Shown here: piece by piece, positions 48,760-62,851 of the stretch
How positions within the stretch are numbered: the first letter of the stretch is position 1
Layout: every line of letters starts with the position of its first letter
Assembly (NCBI GenBank): GCA_964016885.1
Contig: OZ024741.1
Location: forward strand, 278,194,001 to 278,258,000
DNA length: 64,000 nt
Reading direction: 5' to 3'
Origin: Eledone cirrhosa
Taxonomy: Eukaryota
Notes under the pieces: model-generated
Seen by the model: the letters and a program-made list of their open reading frames with translations, nothing else
Told to the model about the DNA's origin: nothing
The model's database searches: none
Position numbers and translations under genes: made by a program

Positions 48760-50327
48760 ATGCAGATGGGAAATCTCGAGGTAGGAAGTGAATGATAGAT
48801 AGGAGAAATAGGAGAAAGTGAAAATTGAGAGAGACAAAGATGAAAACAAAACAAAGGTAGAAGGGTTACCGTAGTGGAGATTTAATCCCAATATTTCGGG
48901 CTCACGCCCATCAACGGGGGAAAGTTCCAAAATGGGGGGGAACAGGCTAAGCCGGAGAAAGTTGTGATGTCGTTAAAACAGGAATGCCGTTATGGGGAGA
49001 AAATTTAAATGAGGGAAAGAATGCGCGTGCGCGTGATAGGCTGTGGCAAAAGCTACTGACCAAATGGGTTAAATCAAGAGGGTGCGCTAGCGTGTGAAAG
49101 CCGTAAAATATGTGTGTAAATATATATGTGTGTGTAACTGTGTGTGTATATGTGTAAGTGTGTATATGTGTGAGTGTGTGTGTGTGTGAAAGATAGTGGG
49201 CTGTAGAAGCTGGAAATCAAAGGGTGTGAAAGGTGGTAGGTTGTGAAACGTGTGCGTGTATAAATATAGATGTGTGTGTGTATGCGTATGGGTATATATG
49301 TGTGTGTAACTGTGTGTGTATATGTGTAAGTGTGTATATGTGTGAGTGCGTGTGTGTGTGAAAGATAGTGGGCTGTAGAAGCTGGAAATCAAAGGGTGTG
49401 AAAGGTGGTAGGTTGTAAAAACATGTGTGCGTGTATAAATATAGATGTGTGTGTGTATGCGTATGGGTATGCATATACGTGCGTGTGTGTGAAAATAGCA
49501 GGCCGTAAGGGCTGTGAATGGTCACTATGGTTAAATTAGCCATGTCAGCTCATTTCTCTCAGCCCGGTTGTTAAGTGGGGGTCTGAGGTTCTTAATAACA
49601 AGTGCTTCCTTTATCCTTAAGGATCCGATGCTGCGTTCAGTCACTAGGACTGTGACCAAGGGTCTACCCTGTGGGTTTCCGCATTTAAGGATGTGTTTAC
49701 GGAAGGAAGATGCGTTGGTGTTGATATGTTCCTTGATACGAACATGTAGGGGTCGGATGGTGCTACCTATGTAAAACTTGTTACATTTATCGCATTGAAT
49801 CTTATATACGACATAGGTGCGTAGGCAATCTGCCCCCCGTATCGGGCAGTTGCTGAGGGAACACGTCCCATCTGACTCGTCGGGTTTGTTGGAGAGCATC
49901 TTCGCAGCGAAGGTCCTGTGTGGGCCAAATGTATGTCAAGTCCCTCCGTCCGTATGGCCCTGCGGATGGCATTCGTGGTATATTCACTCAGGTGGGGGAT
50001 TTTAAAGAAGCACCTGCTTTTATTTAAGTTTCTAGTGGGTGTCTGTCTATTGGGTCTGGGGTCTCTAATTCCGTTAATCAGTCGCTTGGGATATCCATTA
50101 GACTTGAGTAGATTACGGAATTGCGTGGTATGGGTGAGACCACCCATCGGGTCGCTGCATCTGTTAGTGATCCGTGTCAGTTCATTTAGGACATAGCCTC
50201 TCTTAGCGTTGTTGGGGAGGGCTGAGTTGTAATGCACAAATAAGTCCTTGCACGCTGCTTTGCGGTAGAAGGTGGTGTTTATGTCTCCTTCTTCCGAGAT
50301 GTTGATACGGAAGTCGAGGAGGGCGAG
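48760..50327 (-). mobile_element. Penelope-like element 3' part (RT C-terminus, GIY-YIG, 3'UTR with ~180-bp duplication, pLTR)
   Basis: LLDF.I...FYRK, LKSNGYP, VVYKIQCDKCNKFYIGSTIRPLHVRIKEH, IKEAL..LN motifs. Confidence 0.88.
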
Positions 50328-50389
<62 letters not shown>

Positions 50390-50391
<2 letters not shown>

Positions 50392-50710
50392 CACACCGCC
50401 CCTTTCAATGTAAAGTTATGTTGGTACCACAACATCCAGCCCGAAATAAATGAGGTCGTGTAGGTGTCACGACAAAAAAACACACAGTCCACGCTGTAAT
50501 GTGGCCGTGTAGGTAACACGGTAAAAACCTCCCAGTCCACACTGTAAATGTGGTTGGTGTTAGGAAGGGCATCCAGCTGTAGAAAACCCGCCAGACAGTC
50601 CTATGCGAGGAAGACAACCACTCTTGCCTCAAGTGGGACTACCCCCGTCCAAACCCATGCAGGCGTGGAATATGGACGTTAAACGATGATGATGATGATG
50701 ATGATGATGA
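50390..50710 (+). mobile_element. RTE family A 3'UTR fragment
   Basis: UTR modules, (GAT)n tail, (TA)n at both sides. Confidence 0.85.
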
Positions 50711-50777
50711 TATATATATACATTATATATATATATATATATATATATACATTATATATATATATATATATATATAC

Positions 50778-50815
<38 letters not shown>

Positions 50816-51039
50816 TATATATACATATATATATATATATATGTATATATGTATATGTAGAAAGAGTGAAGAATAACATGGTCAACAGTACAAAAAAGGG
50901 TTTTATTTACAGTCTAACAATTGTTTCAATGATTAACTGGATTACCTATAACAATATTTTGTTATCCCTTATATGTATATATATACATGTATCATCATCA
51001 TCATCATGTATATGTATATATATATCATCATCATCATGA

Positions 51040-51366
51040 TTTCATTTTACGTCCGCTTTTCCCTGCTTGCAAGGGTGGGACGGGAACTGATTCTGGCTTG
51101 ATTTCTACAGCTGGATGCCCTTCCTAACACCAACCTCATTTACAGTGAGTGCTGGGTGCTTTTTTGCCATGGCACCTCCACGACCACTTTACAGTGGAAT
51201 GATAGGGACCTCAGTCCTATCATCTCATTTCTACAGCTGAGTAAACTGGAGCAATGTGAAATAAAGTGTCTTGCTCAAGGAAGCAACACATCACCCGGTC
51301 TGAGAATTGAACTCACAACCTTTTGATTGCAAGGCCAATGCTCTAACCACTAAGCCATGTGCCTCC
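51040..51366 (-). mobile_element. SINE family 1, full length
   Basis: Reverse complement of 33699-34043. Confidence 0.9.
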
Positions 51367-52499
51367 ATATATATACATATGTATATATATATATGTGTAT
51401 CTATATATGTATATGTAGTTATATAGTAAGGTGTATTATTGGTTGTGTCATATGGTCCAATAAACTTTTGTTAGCAATATTAAGTTCTCCACGCTTTTGT
51501 ATATCTCCAATTCCATTTATGGGAACAGCTAGATGATGTAAAACCGAATATTTGTATCAAAATAAAGATCCGAAGGCATGGTATAAATTTCCAATTATTT
51601 TAATCACAATACATGTTTCAATAAGAGATAGATCGATCGTGTGGTGACGATCAATTATCACTGATCACGTCAGGTGAAAATGAATTGTCTTCAAATCCTT
51701 GATATGAGGGAGAAAATTTAGCGATGTTCACTCACTAGAGTTTTGTCCCCCATATGAAGATTAAGCAGCCAAAACACGCCGACTGCTATCGTCTTTAGTT
51801 AGGGTCATAAAACTATCAACTCTCTATCTCTCAATAGCTGTAAAAGATGCTGGACGGGTCTAATCTCAACATCAAATCTGTAGAATTACAGTCGGTCACA
51901 GTTAGTGTGAGTGAGTACACACACACACCGACGCGAGGTCAAAGAAAAAATATATATATACCAACATAGTATTCACCGAAAGTTAGGTTACAAAACAACA
52001 AATGTTATATTGGTCAAATCTCAATTTGACGATGTAAATTGGAAAAATTGGGTCAACCGCAACCCTAAACACACGCAAGTAAATTCAGTTCAATGTTCTG
52101 CTATACGTGTATCGATTGAATTGTAACATCCTTATCTTCTATATAGTGTATGTTTTGGTATATACACATCCGTATCGTCTAAAAAGTGTATGTTTTGGTA
52201 TATACACATCCATGTGAAGAGCAAGTAGTCAGCTCATATCGAACTCTGTATGTGCCGTTGTCCCATTGAGAATTTGAGTCCCCAAATCTGTGCATGCAAG
52301 CAACCGTCATGTAGGCCACCAAGGGGCTCTGTGTAGGGTTGGGTATTTGAGTTAAGGTGTCAGTATGTGTGTTTATGTATATATATATGTATATGTATAT
52401 ATAAATATGTATATGTATATCATCATCGTTTAACCTCTATCGTCCACGCTATCATGGGTTAGACTATATGTATATATATATGTATATATGTATATGTAT

Positions 52500-54810
52500 A
52501 TCATCATCATCACCGTTCTACGTCCGTTCTTCCACGCTAGCATGGGTTAGACGGGTTGTCCTGTTGTGGGCAGTGTCTGGTCGGCTGACCATGCCTTGCT
52601 CATACAGGAACTGATTTGGCTTGATTTCTACAGCTGGATGCCCTTCTTAACACCAACCTCATCTACAGTGAGTGCTGGGTGCTTTTTTTTCGTGGCGCCT
52701 ACATGTCCACTTTACTGTGTGGGCAGGGTGCTTGTTTGCCGTGGCACCTCCAGAACTACTTTGCATGGGAGGAGGTGGGGACATATTGTCTATATGCTTC
52801 AGCTTTGGCTTGTTCCTGTGGGAAGTGGGTTCTTCTGTATTACTGCGTGATGCCAGAGGTCACAGTCGTGTGTCATCGCCCTTGAGCGGTGCATTTTTGT
52901 AAGGTTGGCTTTTATCACGTCATCCCAGGTCTTCTTGAGTCTCCCTATTCCGTGGCTTCCATCGACTTTTAGTGCTCTGCACCTTTTTATGCAGCTGTCA
53001 TCCTTCATACGCATCACATGTCCATACCAATGTAACCTCCTCTCCTGAGCACAGCATTTGATTCTTCCTCTTATGCTCAGTCTCTCTCTCAGTTCGTTCA
53101 TGCTTTGCTGTTCGCGTATATTACTATTACACATCCATCAGAGCATGCAAGCTTCGTTTCTTTCTAATCTGCGCAAGTCTTCTACAGACAGCGCCCAGGT
53201 CTCACTACCATGTAACATTGCTGTTTGTATACACGCATCATACAGTCTGCCTTTCATTTTGAGGGAAAAGCCTTTTGCAGCTAGCAGTGGCAATAGCTCC
53301 CTGAACATCTTCCATCCCGTTCTTACCCTAGTTATTGTACTTTCCGAACACCCACCTCCGCTGCTAATTCGGTCACCTAGGTAGCAGAAGCTGTCTACTG
53401 TTTCTACAGAGCCCTCCCAGAGTTTGGTGGTGCTTGTTTCCTGTGGCTGTTTACTGCTTGCTGTCCCAGCGCAGCTGCTACATGTGAAGCCTACATTCTT
53501 AGTTAAGCTTCCTGAGATCCCACTACATCTCTTGTATACCCATTGTTTGCATTTGGGGCAGAGGATGGAGTTCCTACCTACACCTTTCCTACATACTGAG
53601 CAAGGCCATTTCCCTGAGGGGATCTGGGTTCTGTTTTCTTGTCTACTTACAAGAACCTTAGTCTTTGTCAGGTTGACTTTGAGACCCTTTCTTTCTAGTC
53701 CCATGCTTGGAATTTCTTCTCTAGTTCCACCATAGATTCAGTTATAAGTGCGAGATCATCCGCATATAGGAGTTTCTCTGTTATTGCCTGCAAAATTATA
53801 ATGAACAAGAGAGAGCTAAGAACAGAGCCCTGGTGGACACCGATCTGTATGCTAAATTCCTTGCTATAGTCATTGTTAACCCTAACTTTGCTGATTGCTC
53901 CTCTATGCATGGCTTGTACAGCTGTCACAAGCCATTCATTTACTCCTAGTTTTCTAAAAGCCTACCAGATTATAGCACGCGGAACTCTGTCGAAGGATTT
54001 TTCCAGATCGACAAATGCCAGGTAGAGCGGCTTACTTTTAGCTAGGTACTTTTCCTGTAACTGCCTCACAAGGAAGAGGGCATAAGTGGTGCCTTCACCT
54101 GGTACAAACCCAAATTGCATCTCATCTAGTTTTATCCGGTCCCTAATCAACTGTGCTATAACTCTTTCCGTTACTTTCATGACCTGGTCCATCAGCTTTA
54201 TACCTCTATAGTTTCCTCTATCTAGTGCATCACCTTTACCCCTGTAGCGGTTGATAATGATACTGCTGCACCAATCCTTTGGTATGAATCCTCTAGTATT
54301 ACCTGGTTAACAAAATGTGTGGTGTTGGTGTGACCTACCGACCCAGATCCCTTCAGCATCTCTGCATCTATACCCGATGGACCAGCTGCCTTCCCCCTCT
54401 AGATATCTTTGATTGCCTTACTTACTATGCTGCTGCTGACTTGTACTGCTGGCCCCTCTATTGGGTCTATTTGGGGCAGGGTCTCTTTTTCCCATGTATT
54501 CTCCTCATTTAGTAATCTTTCATAATGGGTCTTCCACGCATCTTTCTTCTCAGCACTTGTGAGGGCAAGCTCACCTTTATCATTCAATGACATCACAATT
54601 CTCTCTGACACACTGCCTTGCAATCTTGAACACCTCCTGTTTCTGGTCCTCACGTTGCAAAACATGCTTGATGAATATTCTATCCTCTGCTTCCCTTCTA
54701 GCTAAGTATACTTGTCGCCTTGCTTCCCTCCTGGTCTCTATGTAATGTACCCTGCTTCTCCCGTTCTTCCATTCTTTCCATGCCTGTCTCTTAGCCTTAA
54801 CTGTCTCATC

Positions 54811-54815
<5 letters not shown>
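52500..54815 (-). mobile_element. RTE family B-related copy, 5'-truncated and decayed
   Basis: Fragmented ORFs 52799-54915 with RT and PHD-like motifs; (TA)n at both ends. Confidence 0.92.
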
Positions 54816-54885
<70 letters not shown>

Positions 54886-54894
54886 TATATATAT

Positions 54895-55840
54895 CATCAC
54901 CATCATCATCATCAACGTTTAACGTCCGTGTTCCACGCTTGCATGGGTTTGGACGGGGGTAGTCCCACTTGAGGCAAGAGTGATTGTCTTGCTCGCATAG
55001 GACTGTCTGGCAGGTTTTCTACAGTTGGATGCCCTTCCTAACACCAACCACATTTACAGTGTGGGTCTGGGAGGTTTTTACCGTGTTGCCTACACGGCCA
55101 CATTACAGCGTGGACTGTGTGTTTTTTTGTCGTGACACCTACACGATCTCATTTGTTTCGGCCTGGATGGTGTGGCACCAACACAACTTTACATAGAACG
55201 GGGTGGCGTGGATGGGGTGGGGGTGGTGGGACGGGGGGGGGGGGGGTATTTTGTTTGAGATGCCTACTGGTTGTAGTAGGTTTTACTATGTATTTAGGTA
55301 AGGCGGGTCTTCTCTGTTACTGAGTACCGCCAAAGGTCTCGGTCCAGTGACATTGTCTTGGAGAGGTGTAAGTGTGTGAGGTCAGAGTTTATCAGCTCGT
55401 CCCAGGTTTTTCTAGGTCTGCCTATTCCGTGGCTACTGTCTATCTTTATTGCCCTGCACTTTGTTATACAGCTATCGACTTTCATGCGCATCACGTGTCC
55501 ATACCAACGTAGCCTTCTCTCGAGTAAACAACATCTGATCCCTCTTATTTCTAATTTTTTCCTTAGTTCGTTTATGCTTTGCCGTTCACGTATATTACTG
55601 TTACACATCCAGCGGAGCATGTAAGCTTCGTTCCTCTCTAGTCTGCGTATATCCTCTGCACACAATGCCCAGGTCTCACTGCCATGCAGCATTGCTGTTC
55701 GTATGCAGGCATCGTACAACCTGCCTTTCATTTTTAGGGAGAACCCTTTAGCGGCTAATAGTGGTATAAGCTCTCTGAACTTTTTCCAACCAGTTCTGAC
55801 TCTAGCTACTGTACTTTCAGAGCACCCTCCCCCACTGCTG
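54895..55840 (-). mobile_element. RTE family A, 5'-truncated
   Basis: ISSGGGCSES...EKTRLT*; (CAT)n tail. Confidence 0.9.
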
Positions 55841-55959
55841 ATATATATACATATATACTGTATATATATATATACATATATATATACAGACATATATGTA
55901 TATATATGTATATATATGTCTGTGTATATATATGTGTAGATATATATATATAAAGAGAG

Positions 55960-56405
55960 AGTGAGAATAGGATTGGCAAGATGACTTGGGATGAGGTGAT
56001 AAAAGCTGACCTTACCCAACTCTCAAAGTCAATGACACACGACCGTGACTTCTGGCGTCACGCAGTAATACAGGGTACCCGACCTCCCATGGGTACATGC
56101 TGAAGCATATAAACAATATGCCCCCACTCCCCCCACCGCAAGGTGGTCGTGGAGGTGCCACGGCAAAAAAGCACCCAGCCCACACTGTAAAGTGGACGTG
56201 TAGGCGCCACGAAAAAGCACCCAGCACTCACTGTAAATGAGGTTGGTGTTAGGAAGGGCATCCAGCTGTAGAAATCAAGCCAGATCAGTTCCTGTATGAG
56301 CAAGGCATGGTCAGCCGACCAGACACTGCCCACAACAGGACAACCCGTCTAACACATGCTAGCGTGGAAGAACGGACGTAAAACGGTGATGATGATGATG
56401 ATGAT
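55960..56405 (+). mobile_element. RTE family B 3' end
   Basis: Matches 20540-20990. Confidence 0.88.
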
Positions 56406-56679
56406 GTGTAGATGCTAGTTAAGGTAGCTTAAAATGGAATGAGAATAAGAAGAAAGCAAGAACGGGCGGGGGGGGGGGGGCGAGTTCCTCATCAGTTATC
56501 TACTGGGGGTCTAAAATATATATATATACATATGAATGTATGTATAGTATATTTGGCAATATACTGTATGTTTAATTAAAAACATTTTGAAGACCTTGTG
56601 CTATTATTTTAAAGTAGTGACTATGTATGTATATATGTATGTATATATATATGTATGTATGTATATATGTATGTATATA

Positions 56680-57420
56680 CAGGGTGTGGACAATATTTGT
56701 TGGCAAGGTTACTGTCTATGAAAAAATAACACAGTAGTTTTATTTTTTAAGATATATTTGTCAAACTTGGGTCAGTTTGTCTTCATGACTTGTTCTTTCG
56801 ATCTCACTCGATAAACCCGCCATTGGGTTTGATGATGGCCTCAAGGCGGCCTCGGAGCCGGCTACAGGCCTTCGTCACTATCCCCCGACTTAGGCCCCTA
56901 AAGGCACTTGTGATCCTGGCCTTCAGATCATCTTTCGTATTGCAGCTAGATCTGTTGGTGTCTCGTTTCACTGCGCTCCGCACAAAGAAGTCGAGGGGGT
57001 TGCAGTCAGGTGAGCTGGGAAGCCAGATGTCAGGTGAAGTGTGGTCGACGAAGTTCTCTGACAGCCAGGCTTGGGTCTTTCGGCTGGTATGGCAGGGTGC
57101 TGAGTCTTGCTGCCACACGTACGGCCTACCTGCAGCTACCTGGTCGATCCAGGGCTTTACTACCTTGCTCAGAATGCGGATGTAGCCATCGGTGTTCAGC
57201 TTGAGGCCCTCAGGGAAGAAGTGAGGTGGCATGACGTCACCTTGACTGCTGACGACACCTAAGACCAATGTTGTCGCTGGAAACTTTGTCTGCATGACTC
57301 TGGGCACGTCTTTGGATGAGACAGTGAGCCACCTGTTGTTCTGGGAGTTGATCTTCTGGTCTTATTTGTCTCCCCAGCGCAGATTCCAAGAAGAACTCCG
57401 TGTCTCTTCCACAAATTTGG
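56680..57420 (-). mobile_element. Tc1/mariner DD37D (maT-type) transposon relic
   Basis: ORF 56804-57307: QQDSAPCH...SPDCNPLD with 37 residues between the two D; TA|CAGGGTG terminus at 56680. Confidence 0.85.
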
Positions 57421-57718
57421 TGGTTCAAAATTATTCATAATCAATTATTCTGAAAATAAATAATGGAAATATAATCACTGTTTTTATGACAAGAGTGACA
57501 ACGGAAGTAAAAAAAATTTGCATAAAATTAGCAGTTGAAAATGTATATATATATATGTATGTATGTATGTGTATATATATATATATATGTATGTATGCAT
57601 GTATATATGTATGTATATATATATATATATGTATATGTATGTATGTATATCTATGTATATATATATATATGTATATGTATGTATGTATATCTATGTATAT
57701 CTATAATATATATATATG

Positions 57719-57763
<45 letters not shown>

Positions 57764-57784
57764 GTATGTATATATATATATATA

Positions 57785-58145
57785 GGCACATGGCTTAGTG
57801 GTTAGAGCATTGGCCTTGCAATCGAAAGGTTGTGAGTTCAATTCTCAGACCGGGTGATGTGTTGTTTCTTTGAGCAAGACACTTTATTTCACATAGCTCC
57901 AGTTTACTCAGCTGTAAAAATGAGATGATAGGGACTGGGGTCCCTATCATTCCACTGCAAAGTGGTCGTGGAGGTGCCACAGCAAAAAAGCACCCAGCAC
58001 TCACTGTAAATGAGGTTGGTGTTATGAAGGGCATCCAGCTGTAGAAATCAATCCAGAATCAGTTCCCGTCCCACCCTTGCAAGCAGGGAAAAAGCGGACG
58101 TAAAATGAAATGATGATGATGAAATGATGATGATGAAATGATGAT
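57785..58145 (+). mobile_element. SINE family 1, near full length
   Basis: Same as 33699-34043. Confidence 0.9.
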
Positions 58146-58344
58146 GTATATATATATGTATATATATATATATGTATGTATGTCTATATATTTGTATGTA
58201 TGTATATATATATGTTTATATATATATATATAGTCCTATATGAGCTAGACACGGTCACCCGACCAACCTTGCCTCAAGTGGGACAACTCCCGTCTAACCC
58301 ATGCTAGCGTGGAAAGTGGACGTTAAACGAAGATGATGATGATT

Positions 58345-58890
58345 TATACTCTTTTACTCTTTTACCTGTTCCAGCCATCCGGCTGAGGCTATGCTGAGGC
58401 ACTGCCCTTGCTGCTACAGATTCTATGTAATAAATTTACTCCAGCCTCTGTTGGCTGGCCATTGGTGTAAGAGGGTGTTCATTGCTGCTGCCCTTAGGTT
58501 ACCTTTGTATCATGCTGTGAGCTTATCCAGGATCATGCATAGCAGGGTGTCGAGATATTTCTTGGAAACATCTATGTCCACACCATGCAGCTTGTTGAAG
58601 AGTTGAGGGCCTTTGAACCCCAGGCTATTGCAATATCTGCTCCTTATTCTAGATGTGGAAGACGGGACCTTTAGCACCACACAGTGACGTCCTGTTTGGG
58701 GGTTGTCCAGCTCTCAATGCCAAAGTTTGGTGCTCGTCCCTCCAGGACTTTCCATATGTATATCACTGTGTATCTCTCCCATCTTCTTTCCAAAGAGTAG
58801 AGTTTTAGTTCTTTTAGCCTATCCCAGTAGCTCATCTCCTTCATCGTGGCAATCCTCTTGGTGTAGCTTTGTTGGATTGCCTCAAGCTCC
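58345..58890 (-). mobile_element. CR1/L2-group LINE 3' fragment
   Basis: ELEAIQ..TKRI...SYWDRLKELKLYSLERR; (AAAAGAGT)n tail. Confidence 0.75.
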
Positions 58891-59708
58891 ATATATATAT
58901 ACTCTCATTTCAAATGCCACCAAAGTCAATGTTGCGTTTCTCCATCCTGTCTGACAGGGCTATGAGATGGACTGACCTTTAAGTTTAATTTATGTTGGTG
59001 GCATGCGGAATAAATTTACTTAAGCTTTAGCTACATAATGACACCTTCAAGAGTTTTTACAGACTGTAGTTATATCTCCTGTTTAACCAACAAGACTACC
59101 ACCATACACATTGAAATAGGAGTTTGGTAAATGTATTAGATTTGACCTATATACAACAAGAAATATAGCAACAACTGAGCTATATATTCTCTATGGTTGA
59201 TAAATAAAGTATCAGTCCAGTATTGGTGTCAAGTTTTCCTCTCTCTGAAGAAAAAGAAGAATTAGTTCTGTTCAAACTTGGAGAGGGATAGGTTCCATCA
59301 GCTTTAAATATCCAATACAGGGCCCATGAATTAAGAGCCTAAATGTAAAATCTACTAATAGAAAGTAATGTTTAAATTTATCATAAGAACATCATTAGCT
59401 GCCTGTTAATTTTTAGAAAGTTGAATTTGAATTAGTAATGCTGTACACCATATCTTTGTATGTTGTGAGAGGTGATGAATAGGGTAAACAACAAGAAGGG
59501 CATCTGGCTGTAAAACATTGTCCAAAAACATCTCATCTAACCCATGCCAACGTGGAAAAAAATTGATATAAAGACAATGACAATAAAAATAATGAATGAA
59601 CAAATCATCATCAACATCATTGTTTTTACATCCGTTTTTCCATGCTTGCTTGGGTTGGACAAATGAATGAATAAATGAATAAATTAGATTTAAATGATTT
59701 AATTTCAG

Positions 59709-59852
59709 TGTCCTTTTGAGACCCTTGATCATGAGATGCTGCAGAAAAATACTATGTCTTATTTGAAAACTTGCAATATGATGCAAAAATCTTTGCCGCC
59801 AAATAATATTGTTGGTGCACTGAAAGAGAAAGTGGAAGAAATGAAAGATAAG
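59709..59852 (+). CDS. DNAH6: DNAH6-like exon (CPFETLDHEMLQKN...KSLPPNNIVGALKEKVEEMKDK)
   Basis: tttcag acceptor and gtaatt donor; 144 nt; LPPN.V..LK.KVE.MK motif as in DNAH6. Confidence 0.9.
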
Positions 59853-60309
59853 GTAATTTATATTCGATGTTTTCTTTTGAAATTATTTTACAAGCATTTT
59901 ATTTCCAGTTGTTGTGTACTCTTAGGTCTCGAATAATTGTTTCCTCTATTTTTTAATTTTTCAGATTCTCTCCCCACTCCTACTTATTAAATTTTGCTAA
60001 TCTATTTCTGGTGAAATTTTATTTTAAGTGGTAGCATTCCTGCGACAATGAATTTTCTTATACATAACCAAAAAAATACATTACTAGAAATCCCATACAT
60101 TATAAAATAAATAGGATTGGTTGGGATCTAAACAACTAATTTTGGTTTTAAAAAAAAATCAATGGAGACAACCTAGAAAAATTACCGATTTTTCCAATCC
60201 CCCTGCTTATTCCAATTCCCTTGTTTATTTCAACTCCTCCGCTTATTCTAACCCTCCACTTATTCTTCCCCTCACCATTATTTAGGACCCGAGAGTATGT
60301 ATTTTAAAT

Positions 60310-60835
60310 GTTGACATGGAGCCATGTTCACGAGTGATAGAAAGCAGGAGGCTGAATTGAGTGTAAGAATTGCAGGAGCTGGCGTTGTAATGCGCCAGTT
60401 TCAGCATTCAGTAATCAAAAGAATGGAAGTGGGTGTAAAAGCCAAACTTGCTATCTTTAATTTGTTGATCATGAATCTTGAGTAATGAAAGAATACGATC
60501 ATAAATACAAGCGGCCAAAATTGGGTTCCTCCAAAGGGTCTTTGGAGTAATGTTACTTAGTAGAGTGCATACATCGGAGATCAGAAAATTGCTCCAGACA
60601 GAGCCACTACTTCTCCAAATAGAGAGATCACTACTATGGGCATATGGTTAGAATGTCTTGGGAAAGAGTTGCTGGACAGATTTTACAAGCAAGATGGTTG
60701 AATAAGATCTATGAGCTTGGCTGTTCTCACTTGGGGATCCAACCAGATCAGTTGGAAATGGTTGCTTCTGACAGGACTCACCGGAAGGAGTGTTTGAGGA
60801 CTTTTCCGCCATGACTCTCTCAGGAATAAGTGGGT
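60310..60835 (+). mobile_element. Old degenerate RTE-like 3' fragment followed by a GAA/GAG-rich tract; related pieces at 12570-12800 and 25390-25480
   Basis: Shared CTTG.GGATCCA.C.GAT...GCTTCTGACAGGAC segment among copies; decayed RTE-like translation. Confidence 0.5.
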
Positions 60836-61262
60836 GAAGAAGATCAAAAAGATGGAGAAGATGAAGAAGGAGGTGAAGATGAAGAAGGAAATGAAGGAGA
60901 AGATGAAGGAAACAAAGGAAAAGGAGTAGATGAAAAAGGAGATGGAGATGAAGGAGGAGGAGAAGAAGAAGAAGGAGGTGGAGAAGAGAATAATAATAAT
61001 CAAAAGTAGATACTTGACGATGGAGCAGAGAAAACATTGAATCAAGAATGTCCTTATTCCTGCTGAGGATATAACAATTCTCTGGTGCTGGGGCCATGAT
61101 TAAATGTATGCAGTACATCCACATCAATATTTATAGTAATTTCTAAAAAGGTGAAAATCTTTAAGAGTGGAATTTCCAATCTGTGTGGAAGTTTGGCGGT
61201 TTCGAGAACCCATTACATCCTTTGCTTGCCTTGCTTTTTGAGTCTGTTAGTGGGTTATTTAT

Positions 61263-61605
61263 GTCAGGTCAGGCTTCTGCCTGCTACTGGTACCATGTAA
61301 CCCAATACATCCTGCTTTATGGTTGAGTGGTCAGCGACTAAACTGCACCCCCACCCCAGACCTTGATCTGGTGAAGAGAGTAAATGGAACCCTACAAAAA
61401 ATGAAATGTTAAAAGGGCAGATAGACTCCTCAAAGTCAAGGGCCACCCACCCCAACTATGGGTTAAATAGCCTCACCAACCCACAATGGGCCAATTATGG
61501 TGAGTAGAGCTACACTTGTGATATGATCAAAACCAAACAGAAAGTGGTGGAGGTCAACTAGGTAGGGGTTCCTCCAATTTTAATGAGAAGATCCTGGATT
61601 GGATT
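61263..61605 (+). mobile_element. ~340-bp non-autonomous element; second copy at 62455-62800, 5' part related to 32364
   Basis: GTCAGGT...TACTGG..CCA(G/A)TAC..CCTG...GCGACTAAAC shared among four copies. Confidence 0.6.
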
Positions 61606-61754
61606 CTATTTTTAATTGTTGGTCTTTTATTACCATAAGACACAACTGTAATACTTCTATAATTACAAAATAATTTATTAAATTAAAAAATATAAGAATG
61701 AAATTTACAATTCATCAACGTATACATATTAAAGAAAAAATTGAATAGCGAAAG

Positions 61755-62265
61755 TGAGGAAAAGTGGGGAGGAAGCAGCAGACTCTACACAACAGTCTAG
61801 GTGGTATAGTGGTATTTCAAAGCTGTGCCCTATCAACAAAATGGTGAAGGCACTGCTATGGAAAACAGCCATCATCATCCACTGCTTCAGCCACTCCACC
61901 TCTCAGGGCTCCTTCTTCTGGTTGGATGTAGTCCTCCTGATTTTGCAGAAGAAAATGGCAGTTTGTTAGGACCAGAAACACCAGAGGTCTCAACAGCAGC
62001 ACTAATATGAAAAGGAAACAGTTGGTCGAATCCTGGTATTTAGTTATCTTCCTCTCCTCTGCATTGTATGCAGCAGTGTTCAGGTTTGTGTCTGAAGTGA
62101 CACGGTTAGATTCGGAGAATATGTCACAGCACATGGTGTCCCAGATTAGAGATTTATGTCTCTTGAATGGGAAGAGGGTAATCCTTTCTGGGCACTTACC
62201 TTCACCATGGTTGAGGCTGACACACTCCAGTTGTAATGGGAACCTGGCTATTTACATTTAAGTTA
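61755..62265 (-). mobile_element. CRE-clade non-LTR 3' fragment (RLE domain)
   Basis: ITLFPFK...LIWD..C.D...AA..AE.RK..KY motif on the minus strand. Confidence 0.65.
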
Positions 62266-62851
62266 TTTGTCCCTTTAAAATCCATTGTGTCAAGGAAATG
62301 AGTTTTGTGATAGAATATCTAATGTACTTTCTTAATTCTTAAACATAAATTTGTAGAACCTTAAAGAAGTTATAATGTCATTAATGTTTTGTAGTTAGAG
62401 ATTATATCACTGTATTATGACGTAAATATTAAATTATTTTATGTAATTAAATAGGTCAGGTTAGGCTTCTGCCTGCTACTGGTACCATGTAACCCAGTAC
62501 AACCTGCTTCATGGTCGAGTGGTCTGCGACTAAACCAGCTCCCCTACCAGACCAGTGTCTGGCGAGGAAGGAAAGAGGAACCCAGCAGCACAAATAACAA
62601 GAGCTGTTAAAAGGGCGCACAAACTCCTCATATTCAACGGCCATCCATCCTAATTATGGGTTAAATAGCCTCTCCAACCCACAATTGGCCAAGCATGGTG
62701 AGTACGGCTACACTCCTGACATAACCAAAATGAAACAGAAGGTGATGGAGGTCAACCAAGGAGGGGTTCCTCCAACCAGAGTGAGAAGGCCCTAGATTAG
62801 TTTGGATTAGATTAGAATTAAACATTGTGCATGTATCTATCTATTCTTCAG

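Noticed and set aside
51760-52360. Possible TTAA-bounded MITE or extra dynein exon
   Set aside because: No convincing TIRs, and the dynein frame joins 28447 to 59709 without needing another exon
60648-61127. 159-aa L/H/F-rich ORF
   Set aside because: Translation of a GAA/GAG-rich tract joined to a decayed repeat
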